Assembly (NCBI GenBank): GCA_023664685.1
Contig: JAMPFC010000004.1
Location: 1,233 to 65,232 of the forward strand
DNA length: 64,000 bases
Direction: 5' to 3'
Origin: Roseburia sp.
GTDB taxonomy: Bacteria > Bacillota > Clostridia > Lachnospirales > Lachnospiraceae
The position numbers and the translations under genes were made by a program. Numbering within the stretch: position 1 is the stretch's first letter; each line of letters starts with the position of its first letter. Shown in pieces: positions 1 to 9,323 of the stretch. The notes under the pieces were generated by a model, which was not told the origin of the DNA, made no database searches, and saw only the letters and a program-made list of their open reading frames with translations.

Positions 1-56
1 AAAACCATCCCGCCCGCTGCAAGCCGCAATCCCTGTTTTATTTTCTTCTTCCGCAT
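1..56 (-). CDS. Partial CDS (N-terminus only), unknown product; lies downstream of the MBOAT gene and may be its partner
   Basis: Reverse strand reads AGGAGAGAAAA-ATG CGG AAG AAG AAA ATA AAA CAG GGA... = MRKKKIKQGLRLAAGGMV. This is a basic, signal/TM-like N-terminus behind an RBS, and it runs off the window edge. Only 18 codons are visible, so no family call. Confidence 0.25.
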   Translation of the reverse strand, partial: MRKKKIKQGLRLAAGGMV

Positions 57-86
57 TTTTCTCTCCTGCCATTTCCAATCTGTCGT

Positions 87-1484
87 TTAAAACTGACCGT
101 AAATAAAATCTGCCTCCCGGTATACCGTCCCATATACCCCCGCCAGTACGATCAAAATAACCATCAAAATATAATACGCAAAACGGATCAGCACATGCTT
201 TCCCGCCGCTGCCGCATAAAAATTTTTCTTTTCCTGATATGCATCGATTGCAAAAATAAACAGCGTCCCCAACAGGCACACAACCATCCCCTGCCAGTCC
301 AGACCGAGTTTCATCAGGCTTCCATCAATTAACTCCCACGGTCGAAACGCAAACATCCGCAACACGATCTCTTTCATTTTCCAAAAACTCCCCGCCAAAA
401 AAGGAACCCATGCAAAGGAAACCAGTATGTACACCACCGCACGCTGGAGCCAGACCCCAAAACGCTTTAATTTCCTTATTTTCCCAAATATCCTCTCGCG
501 AAACTGCTGCGTCCGCTTGCCTGCCACCAGATACAGACCGTGAATCCCGCCCCAGACAAAATACCCTGCCGCCGCACCGTGCCACATCCCACTCAGGACA
601 AACACGATAAGCGTATTCAAGTCCCGGCGCCAGCTTCCTTTCCGGCTGCCCCCGAGGGGAATATACACATAATCCCGAAACCACGAACTCAGGGAAATGT
701 GCCATCTGCGCCAAAATTCCTGAACACTGGTACTCCGGTAAGGAGCGCGGAAATTGTCCATCAGTTTCACCCCGAGCATCTTTGCACTGCCGACCGCAAT
801 CAGCGAATAGCCCCCAAAGTCAAAATAAATAACAAGCGAATACAAAAATACCGCCAGAACCACCGTGATTCCCGCAAGTTCCCCATCCAAAATCCCCATC
901 ACAAACCGGTTGATATTGTCTGCCAGAACCATTTTTTCAAATAAACCAGTCAACACCATGATAAAGCCCATCCGGATCCCTGCCGGATCAAAATGCAGCC
1001 CCTCCTCATACTGCCTGCAAAGGTCGCGGCTTCTCCCGATCGGTCCTGCTGACGCCTGCGGAAAAAAGCACACAAACAAACTATATCGGCAAAAGTTCCG
1101 CTCCGCCTTCTCGTTTCCCCGGTATACTTCCACAAGATGCCCGATCACCATAAGCGAATAATACGATAGCCCGAGCGGGATTGCGATCGACGTGCTGCGC
1201 CAGATTCCCGAATATTTGATGCCCGCTAATAAAGCAACGATCGCTGCTGTCATCACGCCAAGCACAAGTTTCCGTTTGGCGGGTTCTTTCTCTTTGTCCA
1301 GTACCCGTGCAGCCGCCCACGAGATCACTGTGACCGCCGCCACATAGATCAGTGATGCCGGCGATACGCAGAGGAAAAAGGCAACGCTCGCCGCAAGCAG
1401 CATGTATTTGCGGAACCGTTGCGGCAACAAATACATCCATACACAGATGCACACAAGAACGATCACAAAAAATATATTTCCCAT
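87..1484 (-). CDS. MBOAT-family membrane O-acyltransferase (AlgI/DltB-like)
   Basis: 465-aa polytopic hydrophobic ORF. It has the MBOAT signature region FWRRWHISLSSWFRDYVYIPLGGSR and the downstream WHG histidine. Confidence 0.85.
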   Translation of the reverse strand: MGNIFFVIVLVCICVWMYLLPQRFRKYMLLAASVAFFLCVSPASLIYVAAVTVISWAAARVLDKEKEPAKRKLVLGVMTAAIVALLAGIKYSGIWRSTSIAIPLGLSYYSLMVIGHLVEVYRGNEKAERNFCRYSLFVCFFPQASAGPIGRSRDLCRQYEEGLHFDPAGIRMGFIMVLTGLFEKMVLADNINRFVMGILDGELAGITVVLAVFLYSLVIYFDFGGYSLIAVGSAKMLGVKLMDNFRAPYRSTSVQEFWRRWHISLSSWFRDYVYIPLGGSRKGSWRRDLNTLIVFVLSGMWHGAAAGYFVWGGIHGLYLVAGKRTQQFRERIFGKIRKLKRFGVWLQRAVVYILVSFAWVPFLAGSFWKMKEIVLRMFAFRPWELIDGSLMKLGLDWQGMVVCLLGTLFIFAIDAYQEKKNFYAAAAGKHVLIRFAYYILMVILIVLAGVYGTVYREADFIYGQF

Positions 1485-1675
1485 GATAACAAATACGCCT
1501 CCCGCTTAAATTATTTTGTTACTCATATTTCCGACATTTTATATTTTAGTCGTTTTATGTCAAAAAAACAAGAAATTTCTATCTCCTGCTTTTTGAAACA
1601 ACGGAGGGGAAGAATCCCTTGAAAATCAAGGGCTGGCATGATATGATATAGGAAAACCAAAAACAGGAGACGCTT

Positions 1676-2128
1676 ATGAAATACATGAACGAGGCATTAA
1701 AGGAAGCCTATACAGGAATTGAAAATAATCACGGTGGCCCGTTCGGCTCTGTCATCGTGAAAGATGAAAAAATCGTCGGGCGGGGACATAACCGTGTCCT
1801 TTGTAAAAAAGACCCAACCTGCCACGGTGAGATGGAAGCCATCCGGGATGCCTGTCGGAATCTCGGCACTCACGATCTGTCCGGATGCGAATTATACACG
1901 ACCGCAGAACCATGCCCGATGTGTCTCGGCGCTATTCTCTGGGCAAACATCAAAACTGTTTATTATGGCTGTAACCGCATGGATACCGACACGATCGGCT
2001 TTCGGGATGACGCCTTTTATGAACACATAAACGGAAACGCAGAACTTCTTGACATACAGGAACTTGGCAGGCACGAATGCTTGGAATTGTTTGATGCGTA
2101 CCAGAAGGGAAATGGGGAACGGTACTAA
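1676..2128 (+). CDS. guaD: Guanine deaminase (CMP/dCMP-type zinc deaminase fold)
   Basis: 150 aa with HGEMEAI and PCPMCLGAI zinc-ligand motifs. It aligns end to end, by eye, with Bacillus subtilis GuaD (GGPFG.VIVKD...DPT.H.E..AIR.AC). RBS AGGAGA lies upstream. Confidence 0.75.
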   Translation: MKYMNEALKEAYTGIENNHGGPFGSVIVKDEKIVGRGHNRVLCKKDPTCHGEMEAIRDACRNLGTHDLSGCELYTTAEPCPMCLGAILWANIKTVYYGCNRMDTDTIGFRDDAFYEHINGNAELLDIQELGRHECLELFDAYQKGNGERY

Positions 2129-2175
2129 TACAGCTAAAAATATTTAACTTTAGATACAAAGTGAGGGCCTCGAAA

Positions 2176-2652
2176 ATGGATGAAATGAAACTGACAAAAT
2201 TTGAAAAATTTAGCGACGGATGTTCTAAAAAATTACCTGATCTCATTGACAAAATATTGCAAAATAATCCCGAACGGAAGGTCTCTGCAATCGGCTTTAT
2301 AACCGTAGACGATTTTTATGGATTTTACGTCACATGGGATGATACAAATCGGGAAATCAATACGTATTACGATTGGAAACCGGGGCTTAATCCGGACTTT
2401 CTTTACCAGCCCCTTGTAGATGTTGTTGATTCTTGTAAGGAGATTGACTTTACAATGCCTTCCGATGAAAAATGGGAATTTGCAGAGGCTCTACTCACTG
2501 TCCTTGAGAAAAACATCAAACAAATTCCCGATGAAATTTTCCATAAAAATAATTACAGAAGAGACGATATCTGTTTCTTTGCCACAATGGAGGGCGACTA
2601 CACTCAGGAAATGCTCGATGCCTCCATAAAAATGTTTAATGATCATCTTTAA
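2176..2652 (+). CDS. Hypothetical cytosolic protein (possibly DUF4303-like)
   Basis: ORF-track frame 2161..2652. I prefer the ATG at 2176, preceded by GAGGG. The product is acidic and soluble with no motif I can name confidently. Confidence 0.5.
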   Translation: MDEMKLTKFEKFSDGCSKKLPDLIDKILQNNPERKVSAIGFITVDDFYGFYVTWDDTNREINTYYDWKPGLNPDFLYQPLVDVVDSCKEIDFTMPSDEKWEFAEALLTVLEKNIKQIPDEIFHKNNYRRDDICFFATMEGDYTQEMLDASIKMFNDHL

Positions 2653-3863
2653 ATTTCTACCCGGTGCAGCAGATATTCTAACGCATTGATCCTGCGGATT
2701 CCCTCGTAATCCGCAGGCGGATCCATATCCAAAGTAAGAATGCATTTGGGGTAGTTATCAGAAATCTTTTGCAATGGCCGCAGTTCCCGCTCTAATGTAT
2801 TTTCGTCCCTGACCGTGGCAGCCACTTGGATATACTTAATTCCATTTTCATTTTTAGCTACAAAATCAACTTCCACATCATCTATTTTCCCAATATATAC
2901 CTCATATCCACGCCGGATCAGTTCCAGATATACGACGTTTTCCAAAATATGCCCGGTATCTCTTCCCGCATTTCCCAACATATTATTTCTCAATCCAATA
3001 TCCACCACATAATATTTCTCCAACGTCTTCAAATACTGCTTCCCTTTTATATCATACCTTTTTGCTTGATACATAATGTAAGCCTCCGTAAAAGAGGTAA
3101 TATAAGACTCCACTGTTCTTACATTTATTTTTCTGCCGCCGGATGTCATTGTATCGCTGATTTTTTTCGTTGACAATGGATTTCCGATATTATCAACCAG
3201 AAAACGTATCACGCTTTCGAGCATCATTACATCGTCTATCCGCTTTCTGGAAATAATATCTTTTACAACAATCGTGTCATAAATACTGGCGATGTATTCT
3301 TTGATTTGTTCCTGTTCCAAATTCAACACATACGGAAAAGAAGAACCCTCAATATATTTTCTGTAGCATTCCTCTAAACTTCCTGCTTCCGCCGCCGAAA
3401 AAAACTCAGAAAAAGAAAGCGGCAGCATCTCTATTTTTACATACCGCCCAGATAAAAGCGTCGCCAGTTCCCCTGACAACAAATGTGCATTTGAGCCTGT
3501 TATATAAAGATCCAAACCATCTTTTATAAATAAGCTGTCTACCACTTTTTGAAATTCTTTTACATTCTGGATCTCATCCAGAAAAATATACGTTTTCCCG
3601 CCGGATACCAGACGCTCTTTTATATATTGATATAAAGCTTTTGGCTCTTTCAGTTCTTCAAACTCATAATCTTCAAAATTGATTGCTATGATCTGTTCAT
3701 CGGAAATCCCTTCTTCCCGCAAATAATCTTGAAAAAGTTTCAACAGCGTAGATTTCCCACAGCGCCTCACACCTGTTACTACCTTTATGATCTGCTTATC
3801 CTTATATCCGATCAATTTTTTTAGATATTCACTTCTCTCAATCATAATGACTTCCTCCTCCAC
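2649..3863 (-). CDS. AAA-family ATPase with C-terminal DUF4143 (PD-(D/E)xK-like) domain
   Basis: Walker A GVRRCGKSTL, Walker B IFLDEIQ, and a C-terminal E.DFV...Q motif. It is a close paralog of 34851..36059. Confidence 0.85.
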   Translation of the reverse strand: MEEEVIMIERSEYLKKLIGYKDKQIIKVVTGVRRCGKSTLLKLFQDYLREEGISDEQIIAINFEDYEFEELKEPKALYQYIKERLVSGGKTYIFLDEIQNVKEFQKVVDSLFIKDGLDLYITGSNAHLLSGELATLLSGRYVKIEMLPLSFSEFFSAAEAGSLEECYRKYIEGSSFPYVLNLEQEQIKEYIASIYDTIVVKDIISRKRIDDVMMLESVIRFLVDNIGNPLSTKKISDTMTSGGRKINVRTVESYITSFTEAYIMYQAKRYDIKGKQYLKTLEKYYVVDIGLRNNMLGNAGRDTGHILENVVYLELIRRGYEVYIGKIDDVEVDFVAKNENGIKYIQVAATVRDENTLERELRPLQKISDNYPKCILTLDMDPPADYEGIRRINALEYLLHRVEI

Positions 3864-3988
3864 ACACTTTTTGCAAGGACTATATTGTCATTATATACAA
3901 AAACTTTTCTTTTATCAATAGTTTTTGTACTTGAGTGCAAAAACTTTTCTTTTTTTGTGTTATGCTACTTTTGAGTAAACCAACACCA

Positions 3989-4013
3989 CCCCGGAGGTTC
4001 CCTTCCCCCGGGG
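3989..4013 (-). terminator. Putative intrinsic terminator after the Big_2 surface-protein gene
   Basis: GC-rich inverted repeat CCCCGG...CCGGGG sits 42 nt downstream of the stop at 4055. On the minus strand it is followed by a moderately T-rich stretch. Confidence 0.4.
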
Positions 4014-4054
4014 CGGCAAAATAATCCTTAACTCACTCCCTAACTCACTTCATC

Positions 4055-7000
4055 TCATTTTTCCTTCACCGCCCGGATCGAATAAATCCTGACTGTCTTC
4101 CCTTCTGATCCGTCCGAGGTAAACCCGATGCTAAAGCCATCGACGAAAGTAGAGTCAACGGCATACCGCTCAAGCTCGCTGATCAAAAAGCGGATCGTTT
4201 TATGTCCCTCTTCTGAGCCATTATAACACTCTGCCTTATTCCACCAGCTCGAGGCGTCATTAAACACTTTTAACGATGGTTCTGCCGGGCCATCCAACGT
4301 CACCTCAATGTAATCAAAATCGCTTAAATCCACCTTTTTCCCATCCGGGGACGCACGGAACACCATGCCGCTGTTGTATTTCCGTGTATTGGTGTAAGAA
4401 ACCGATCCATCCTCGTAAAATACAGCATCCGTACGGTATTCCTCTTTGTCTTTTGTCGCTTCGGTTTCATTGTCTTCTGACAAAGTAATTTCGTAGACGT
4501 CACCTGCCGGCACGATAACTTCTCCCGATGACACCGATGGTTTGGTGTTCGGCGCCGATGGCGCTACCGTATTTTCATCTGTACTTTTCAAAACGATTTT
4601 CCGTGCATTTTCTGTCCGCGGCGTCAACACGATCGAATAAATAAAATAATTCTCATAGCCAAATCCGCCTTTCGGAATCCCATATGTGTGAATCGAAAAA
4701 TATTTGAGTGAATCATCTCCCGCTAAATCTTCATCAATGCGATATTGGACTGTCTCCGTTCCCCGGTTCCACCCCGGCTCATAGTCCCTTTCCCGATCGA
4801 CATACGATCCAATCTGAAACGGATATTCTGTAAATGTGCTATACGTATCATACCATGCCTCATCTTCCACATCAAGCGACTCACTCAGTCCCCGCAGCAC
4901 AAGCCGCCCCGGTACATTTGCTGTGATCGAAATGGATTCATAATCCGAAAGATGGAGCGTCTCCGGCAGTTCAAAAAATGCATACTGGTTATTTCCGCTA
5001 TATTTTATCTCCGTACACGGAGTTCCGTCTTCATCCAGTACAGCGGCAACCTGCCTGTCATGCTCATCATCCTCTTGCAACGTGCGGTGAAGATCCGTAA
5101 AATAATAGTTCTGTACTCCTATATCCGGTAAGTCCTCAGAAAAACGTATTTCATAAATCTCTGCTTCTCCCGCTTCTGTCATTCCATCCAAATCCAGATA
5201 CACGCCGACCGCCCTCGCCAGTTTTGGATTTCCAAATGCAGTAGCTGTCTGGTACACGAGTGTCTGGCTTCCGTCTTCATCCGTGTAAGCCTGAACCGGT
5301 GTGACAACCTGTTTTCCCTCAAAACGATTCTCTGGATGCGAATTGGCAGACCATGTCATCAGTTTTACCGGTGCATTCGCTTTCAAGCGGATGGAAATAT
5401 ATTTGTAGGCAGAAACATCATATTGGTTGTATTCTTCGTCAAACGCCCACACACAACCGTTATTGATCCGATCCGTTGTTTCATATTCTACTGTGCCATC
5501 ATCCGTATATGTCGTCGTACCATATTCATTTACCCATGAAGGATTATGTTCCTCCGTGAGTGCGACTACCGGATCTTCCAAAGGCTCTGCTGACGGATTC
5601 ATCGCATCCGGATGAATGATGTAACTTTCTTCCGGAAGTACATTTGTAAACCGAATCCCTTTAAGCCACATCTTTGTCGCCTTAAAATGCTCGTCATTCA
5701 CCGGATCCCCTTCACCGTCCCATGACTTTAACGTAACACCAATGGATTTTGCATTTTTTATATTCTGGAAAACAAAATCTGTACGATAAATGAAACTCGT
5801 ACTTCCGTCGTCATTGTACATCAAAGCAAATATGTCATCCCACCAATAGTCTTTTTTATCATAGAACCATTCGCTGTCATCCGTTCCCGACCACGTCATG
5901 AGTTTAACATCCTCATCCGCTCTGGTATCAACGGTAACCATAACATAACTGTATTTTGAGACATCTGTCCGGCTCTTCCGCGAATCCAGATACCACGCAC
6001 ATCCATTATTATATACGCTTCCCTGTTTTCCGTCCTCTCTCTTAGAACTAAAATCTACCGTACCATCATCATTAAATTCCGTCGTACCATATCCACCTTT
6101 AAGCACCCAGTCCGGTGCCAGATCCTCACTCAGCGTAAGATTCGGGTTTTCCAAAGCCGGCGTCACGGTATTATCCGGATTATATACATAAAGCGTGATA
6201 TTCTTTGAAACGGATGGATTTTCTTTCGATGTCGCTGTGACCGTCACCAGTTTCCTTACCTCATCTGTGTCAAATTCAAAAGTTTCTGCGACCGTGAGTT
6301 TCCCATTGTTGTCAATAGATACTCCTTTTTCACTGAATGTCCAGTTTACAAGCGTTTGTGATGTATCCACTGGATCATAAGTTACTTTTATCCGTGTAGA
6401 ATCTCCCGGCATCAGCCAATCTGTCACAGCCGAAAGCTGCAGCGCCTCCACTCCTGTATCGGGTACAACGGAAGGATTGTCCCCCTCTGTTCCATTCCCG
6501 CCCGGTGGTGGCGTGACAGGATCATTTGCACTCTGTGATGAATCCGAGCCGGCATCGGTTCCCGGTTCCGCCGGTGGCGGTGTAACCCCGGCAGGATCAT
6601 CTGCTGCTGCATCATCTTCCTCTTCCTCCGGACTTTCTGTCACCGTCACCTTGCATGTCGCTGACGCACCGCCCTTGTCGGCTGCTGCCGCTGTGATCGT
6701 AGCTGTACCGGCATCACCCGTAGTCACCAGTCCATCCTCATCGACATCTGCCACTCTTTCATCACTTGTCGACCACTCGATTTTCTTATTCTTTGCATTG
6801 GATGGCAATATTTTTTTAGCCTCAAGCTGAATATCGTCCTCATTAAACTCTCCGACGGTAATCTTTGTCCGATTCAGTTTGATCGTATTCACGAGTACAT
6901 CCTTTGTCACAGAAACCGTGATCGATGCCTTTTTCTTTGGGTTTGTTTTCGATGCCACCGTAATTTTAGCAGTTCCCTTTTTCCCCGCTTTTAGAAGTCC

Positions 7001-7270
7001 TCTCTGATTCACAAGAACTGCTTTTTTATTGGAAGAAGTAAATTTAAGCTTCTTATATTTCTTTTTGTTAGGCTTTACACTGATGGCTGTCTTTAAACGG
7101 AATTTCTTCCCCTTCTGCATCCTCAGTTTTTTTTCTGTGTTTGTTATCTTTACAGAAGTGACCTTCGCCTCCTGCTTTGCCTTTTTGCTTTTGGCTGCCT
7201 GCGAACTGACCGGCATGATACCCATCAGCAGAACCGCCGCCATAAAAATTGATAAAATTCTTCTTTTCAT
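4055..7270 (-). CDS. Large secreted surface protein: signal peptide, lysine-rich Big_2 (bacterial Ig-like) domains, acidic/Pro-rich linker, three repeated beta-sandwich (CBM-like) modules
   Basis: I start it at MKRRILSIFMAAVLLMGIMPVSSQA, where GGAGGA lies 7 nt upstream. The ORF track begins 5 codons earlier, at 7285. Big_2-like blocks include KITVASK..ASITVSV and ATITAAAADKGGASATCKVTV. Three related modules each contain DDGTV...NNGC.W......DVS.Y.Y......VKLMTWS. There is no LPXTG motif. Confidence 0.8.
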   Translation of the reverse strand: MKRRILSIFMAAVLLMGIMPVSSQAAKSKKAKQEAKVTSVKITNTEKKLRMQKGKKFRLKTAISVKPNKKKYKKLKFTSSNKKAVLVNQRGLLKAGKKGTAKITVASKTNPKKKASITVSVTKDVLVNTIKLNRTKITVGEFNEDDIQLEAKKILPSNAKNKKIEWSTSDERVADVDEDGLVTTGDAGTATITAAAADKGGASATCKVTVTESPEEEEDDAAADDPAGVTPPPAEPGTDAGSDSSQSANDPVTPPPGGNGTEGDNPSVVPDTGVEALQLSAVTDWLMPGDSTRIKVTYDPVDTSQTLVNWTFSEKGVSIDNNGKLTVAETFEFDTDEVRKLVTVTATSKENPSVSKNITLYVYNPDNTVTPALENPNLTLSEDLAPDWVLKGGYGTTEFNDDGTVDFSSKREDGKQGSVYNNGCAWYLDSRKSRTDVSKYSYVMVTVDTRADEDVKLMTWSGTDDSEWFYDKKDYWWDDIFALMYNDDGSTSFIYRTDFVFQNIKNAKSIGVTLKSWDGEGDPVNDEHFKATKMWLKGIRFTNVLPEESYIIHPDAMNPSAEPLEDPVVALTEEHNPSWVNEYGTTTYTDDGTVEYETTDRINNGCVWAFDEEYNQYDVSAYKYISIRLKANAPVKLMTWSANSHPENRFEGKQVVTPVQAYTDEDGSQTLVYQTATAFGNPKLARAVGVYLDLDGMTEAGEAEIYEIRFSEDLPDIGVQNYYFTDLHRTLQEDDEHDRQVAAVLDEDGTPCTEIKYSGNNQYAFFELPETLHLSDYESISITANVPGRLVLRGLSESLDVEDEAWYDTYSTFTEYPFQIGSYVDRERDYEPGWNRGTETVQYRIDEDLAGDDSLKYFSIHTYGIPKGGFGYENYFIYSIVLTPRTENARKIVLKSTDENTVAPSAPNTKPSVSSGEVIVPAGDVYEITLSEDNETEATKDKEEYRTDAVFYEDGSVSYTNTRKYNSGMVFRASPDGKKVDLSDFDYIEVTLDGPAEPSLKVFNDASSWWNKAECYNGSEEGHKTIRFLISELERYAVDSTFVDGFSIGFTSDGSEGKTVRIYSIRAVKEK

Positions 7271-7338
7271 AGTGTTTTCCTCCATATTTATAATGTAATA
7301 GATTCATTTTATATCTATCTTATCACATCCATAGTCCC

Positions 7339-7360
7339 AGAATTTTTCCGTTTTTTTCAG
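7339..7360 (-). promoter_or_regulatory. Copy A of the conserved island promoter motif (upstream of the Big_2 protein gene)
   Basis: + strand cAGAATTTTTCCGTTTTTTTCAG; coding-strand reading CTGAAAAAAACGGAAAAATTCTG. It lies ~19 nt upstream of TGtGATAAG, an extended -10-like element whose hexamer GATAAG is at 7319..7324 on the + strand. See copies B-D. Confidence 0.55.
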
Positions 7361-7376
7361 TTTGGATAAAAAATTG

Positions 7377-9323
7377 TCACATCTTTACTCTCACCACCTG
7401 CGAAAACCCGCTGTAAACCTTTTTCGTTCCGGTCTTTCCATACGTTCTTACTTTCACCCATATTTCCTGTTTTTTTACCATACACCGGATCTTAAACTTT
7501 CCTTTATATCTGGCGATCTTACTGGAGACGAGCTTTAACTTCTTAAATTTTTTGCGTTTCCCAATAGAAATATAAATATCTGCATTCTTTCCCGCATATT
7601 TCTTAAACGTGACAGTGATATAATGAACCTCGCCAATCTTACCCTTTTTTACGGATATTTCAGGAATGCGCAAGCCGGAAATACATGTCAAAGATGTCCT
7701 GCTCGCCTCACCCTCGATCACTTTATTGTCAAAAACACCCAACGTCGTTATTTTATAAAAATATTTTTTATTTTTGCGGACAGTTTTATCAATATAAGTC
7801 AGCCGAGCCTTGCTTACCATCCGAAGCAGTTTGTATTCTCCGTTCTTAGAAGATGCGCGGTAAATACGATAGCACTTTGCCCTTACGTTACGCTTCCAGA
7901 CAAGCTTTACATATCCCTCGCTAGTCAGGCTGCTTTTAAATCCTGCCACCGCTAGCTCCTGACGGTATGTGTCAGACTTTGCATCCGATCCATCCGAGCC
8001 GCTTTCTGCACCGGTCGCAGACGCCGGAACAACAGCGGATGACATCACAGCCGGATCGCCTTGAAAATGATCCTCTGGTGCAAGAGTCTTCGTCGGGTAC
8101 ACCGGCAGTCCTGTCATCGGAGACGCAGAGGGGTTTTGCGGTGAAGCAGATGCAGGGGGCGTCGCAGACCCAGTCTCCGATGATGACGTTGTCGTCGGTG
8201 ATGCACTAGGTATGGTGTCCGGCGATGATGTCGGTTTTATAAAGTCCGGAAGCCAGATCGGAGTATCTACTCTATGCTGTTTTTGATCTTGATAAGAAAT
8301 GCATGCATAACAGTTCGCAAACCATCGGTCTGTATCACGCAATTCTTGGATATTATTTCTGGAGGATATACGGATCCGGATCAGAGAAAAGACAGCTTTC
8401 CAACGGCTCTGCACAAATGCGTATTCCCATATACTGGAAACCGTATTCGGAACTGTAAACTCGCAGGTCGTTCCCTCCCCGCAGCTCATGACTCGGATCA
8501 GCTCCGTTTTATCTTTATTATAGAAAGCATTTCCTTCCACTGTAAAATTCGGGTTTTCTCCTCGGATTTCGATCCATTCCAGTTTATCCATATTCGCAAA
8601 TGCCCCCTCATGAATATTCTCAACTCCCTCCCCCAGCACAATTTTTTTTACGGTACTTCCAAAGCAGTTGCTGTTCAGCCATTTTACCGTATCCGGAAGT
8701 ACGACCGTACTTGCCCGCCCTCCCCAAAGCGCACTATTTCCCATTGCCTCTACGACATATTCTTTTTCGCCTTTTATCACTTTTCCCGGAATCCAGATGA
8801 TCCCCCGGATTAGCTCCCCGGGATGTTCCCCGCCTGTATTTATCCCTTTTACTTCTGCTGTCATCGTACTCTCGTCAAGCTCATACAAGATGCCATCCAA
8901 ATCCGTGTTTTCCTCATTTAATTCTACACAAGGCTCTGAGTAAATCTCCTCTTCCTGAATGAGTACCGCCGGCAGGTTCTTTTTATAGGAAACCCTCACA
9001 TCCTCCGCATAGCCGCAATCCCGGCAGTAACTCCCGACCACCGCCCATGTATCAAAAGAAAAAAATGTTACTTCTTCTAAATTATGCTCATGATCGTCCA
9101 GAGAAATAAAGTTTACATTATCTTTTACCACGTCCTCTGCCGCACTGCCGGTCTCGCCGTATATATTTACCGGCGTCCGGTAGAAACAATCCTCCCCAAT
9201 CTCTCCGACCCGTTCCGGAATATAAAGTTTTTTAAGAGAATGGCAATCTGTAAATGCTTTCAGCGGAAGAGAGGTCATATTCTGTGAGAGAACAACCGTT
9301 TTCAGATTATGGCACTCTCCCAT
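7377..9323 (-). CDS. C-terminal fragment: LRR_5 repeats, Pro/Ser/Thr-rich linker, two lysine-rich Fn3-like modules
   Basis: LRR blocks include LKTVVLSQNMTSLPLKAFTDCHSLKKLYIP and VENIHEGAFANMDKLEWIEI. Linker: PTSSPDTIPSASPTTTSSSETGSATPPASASP. C-terminal module: GYVKLVWKRNVRAKCYRIYRASS...KYFYKITT. Confidence 0.7.
   Translation of the reverse strand: MGECHNLKTVVLSQNMTSLPLKAFTDCHSLKKLYIPERVGEIGEDCFYRTPVNIYGETGSAAEDVVKDNVNFISLDDHEHNLEEVTFFSFDTWAVVGSYCRDCGYAEDVRVSYKKNLPAVLIQEEEIYSEPCVELNEENTDLDGILYELDESTMTAEVKGINTGGEHPGELIRGIIWIPGKVIKGEKEYVVEAMGNSALWGGRASTVVLPDTVKWLNSNCFGSTVKKIVLGEGVENIHEGAFANMDKLEWIEIRGENPNFTVEGNAFYNKDKTELIRVMSCGEGTTCEFTVPNTVSSIWEYAFVQSRWKAVFSLIRIRISSRNNIQELRDTDRWFANCYACISYQDQKQHRVDTPIWLPDFIKPTSSPDTIPSASPTTTSSSETGSATPPASASPQNPSASPMTGLPVYPTKTLAPEDHFQGDPAVMSSAVVPASATGAESGSDGSDAKSDTYRQELAVAGFKSSLTSEGYVKLVWKRNVRAKCYRIYRASSKNGEYKLLRMVSKARLTYIDKTVRKNKKYFYKITTLGVFDNKVIEGEASRTSLTCISGLRIPEISVKKGKIGEVHYITVTFKKYAGKNADIYISIGKRKKFKKLKLVSSKIARYKGKFKIRCMVKKQEIWVKVRTYGKTGTKKVYSGFSQVVRVKM

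Noticed and set aside
1615-1631. Hairpin CCCTTG-aaaat-CAAGGG upstream of the guanine deaminase gene
   Set aside because: It is short, has no U-tract and no alternative pairing partner. That is not enough to call an attenuator or riboswitch.
6477-6830. A 117-aa Ala/Ser/Pro-rich + strand ORF
   Set aside because: It is the antisense reading of the acidic/Pro-rich linker of the Big_2 surface protein. The compositional bias creates the open frame.
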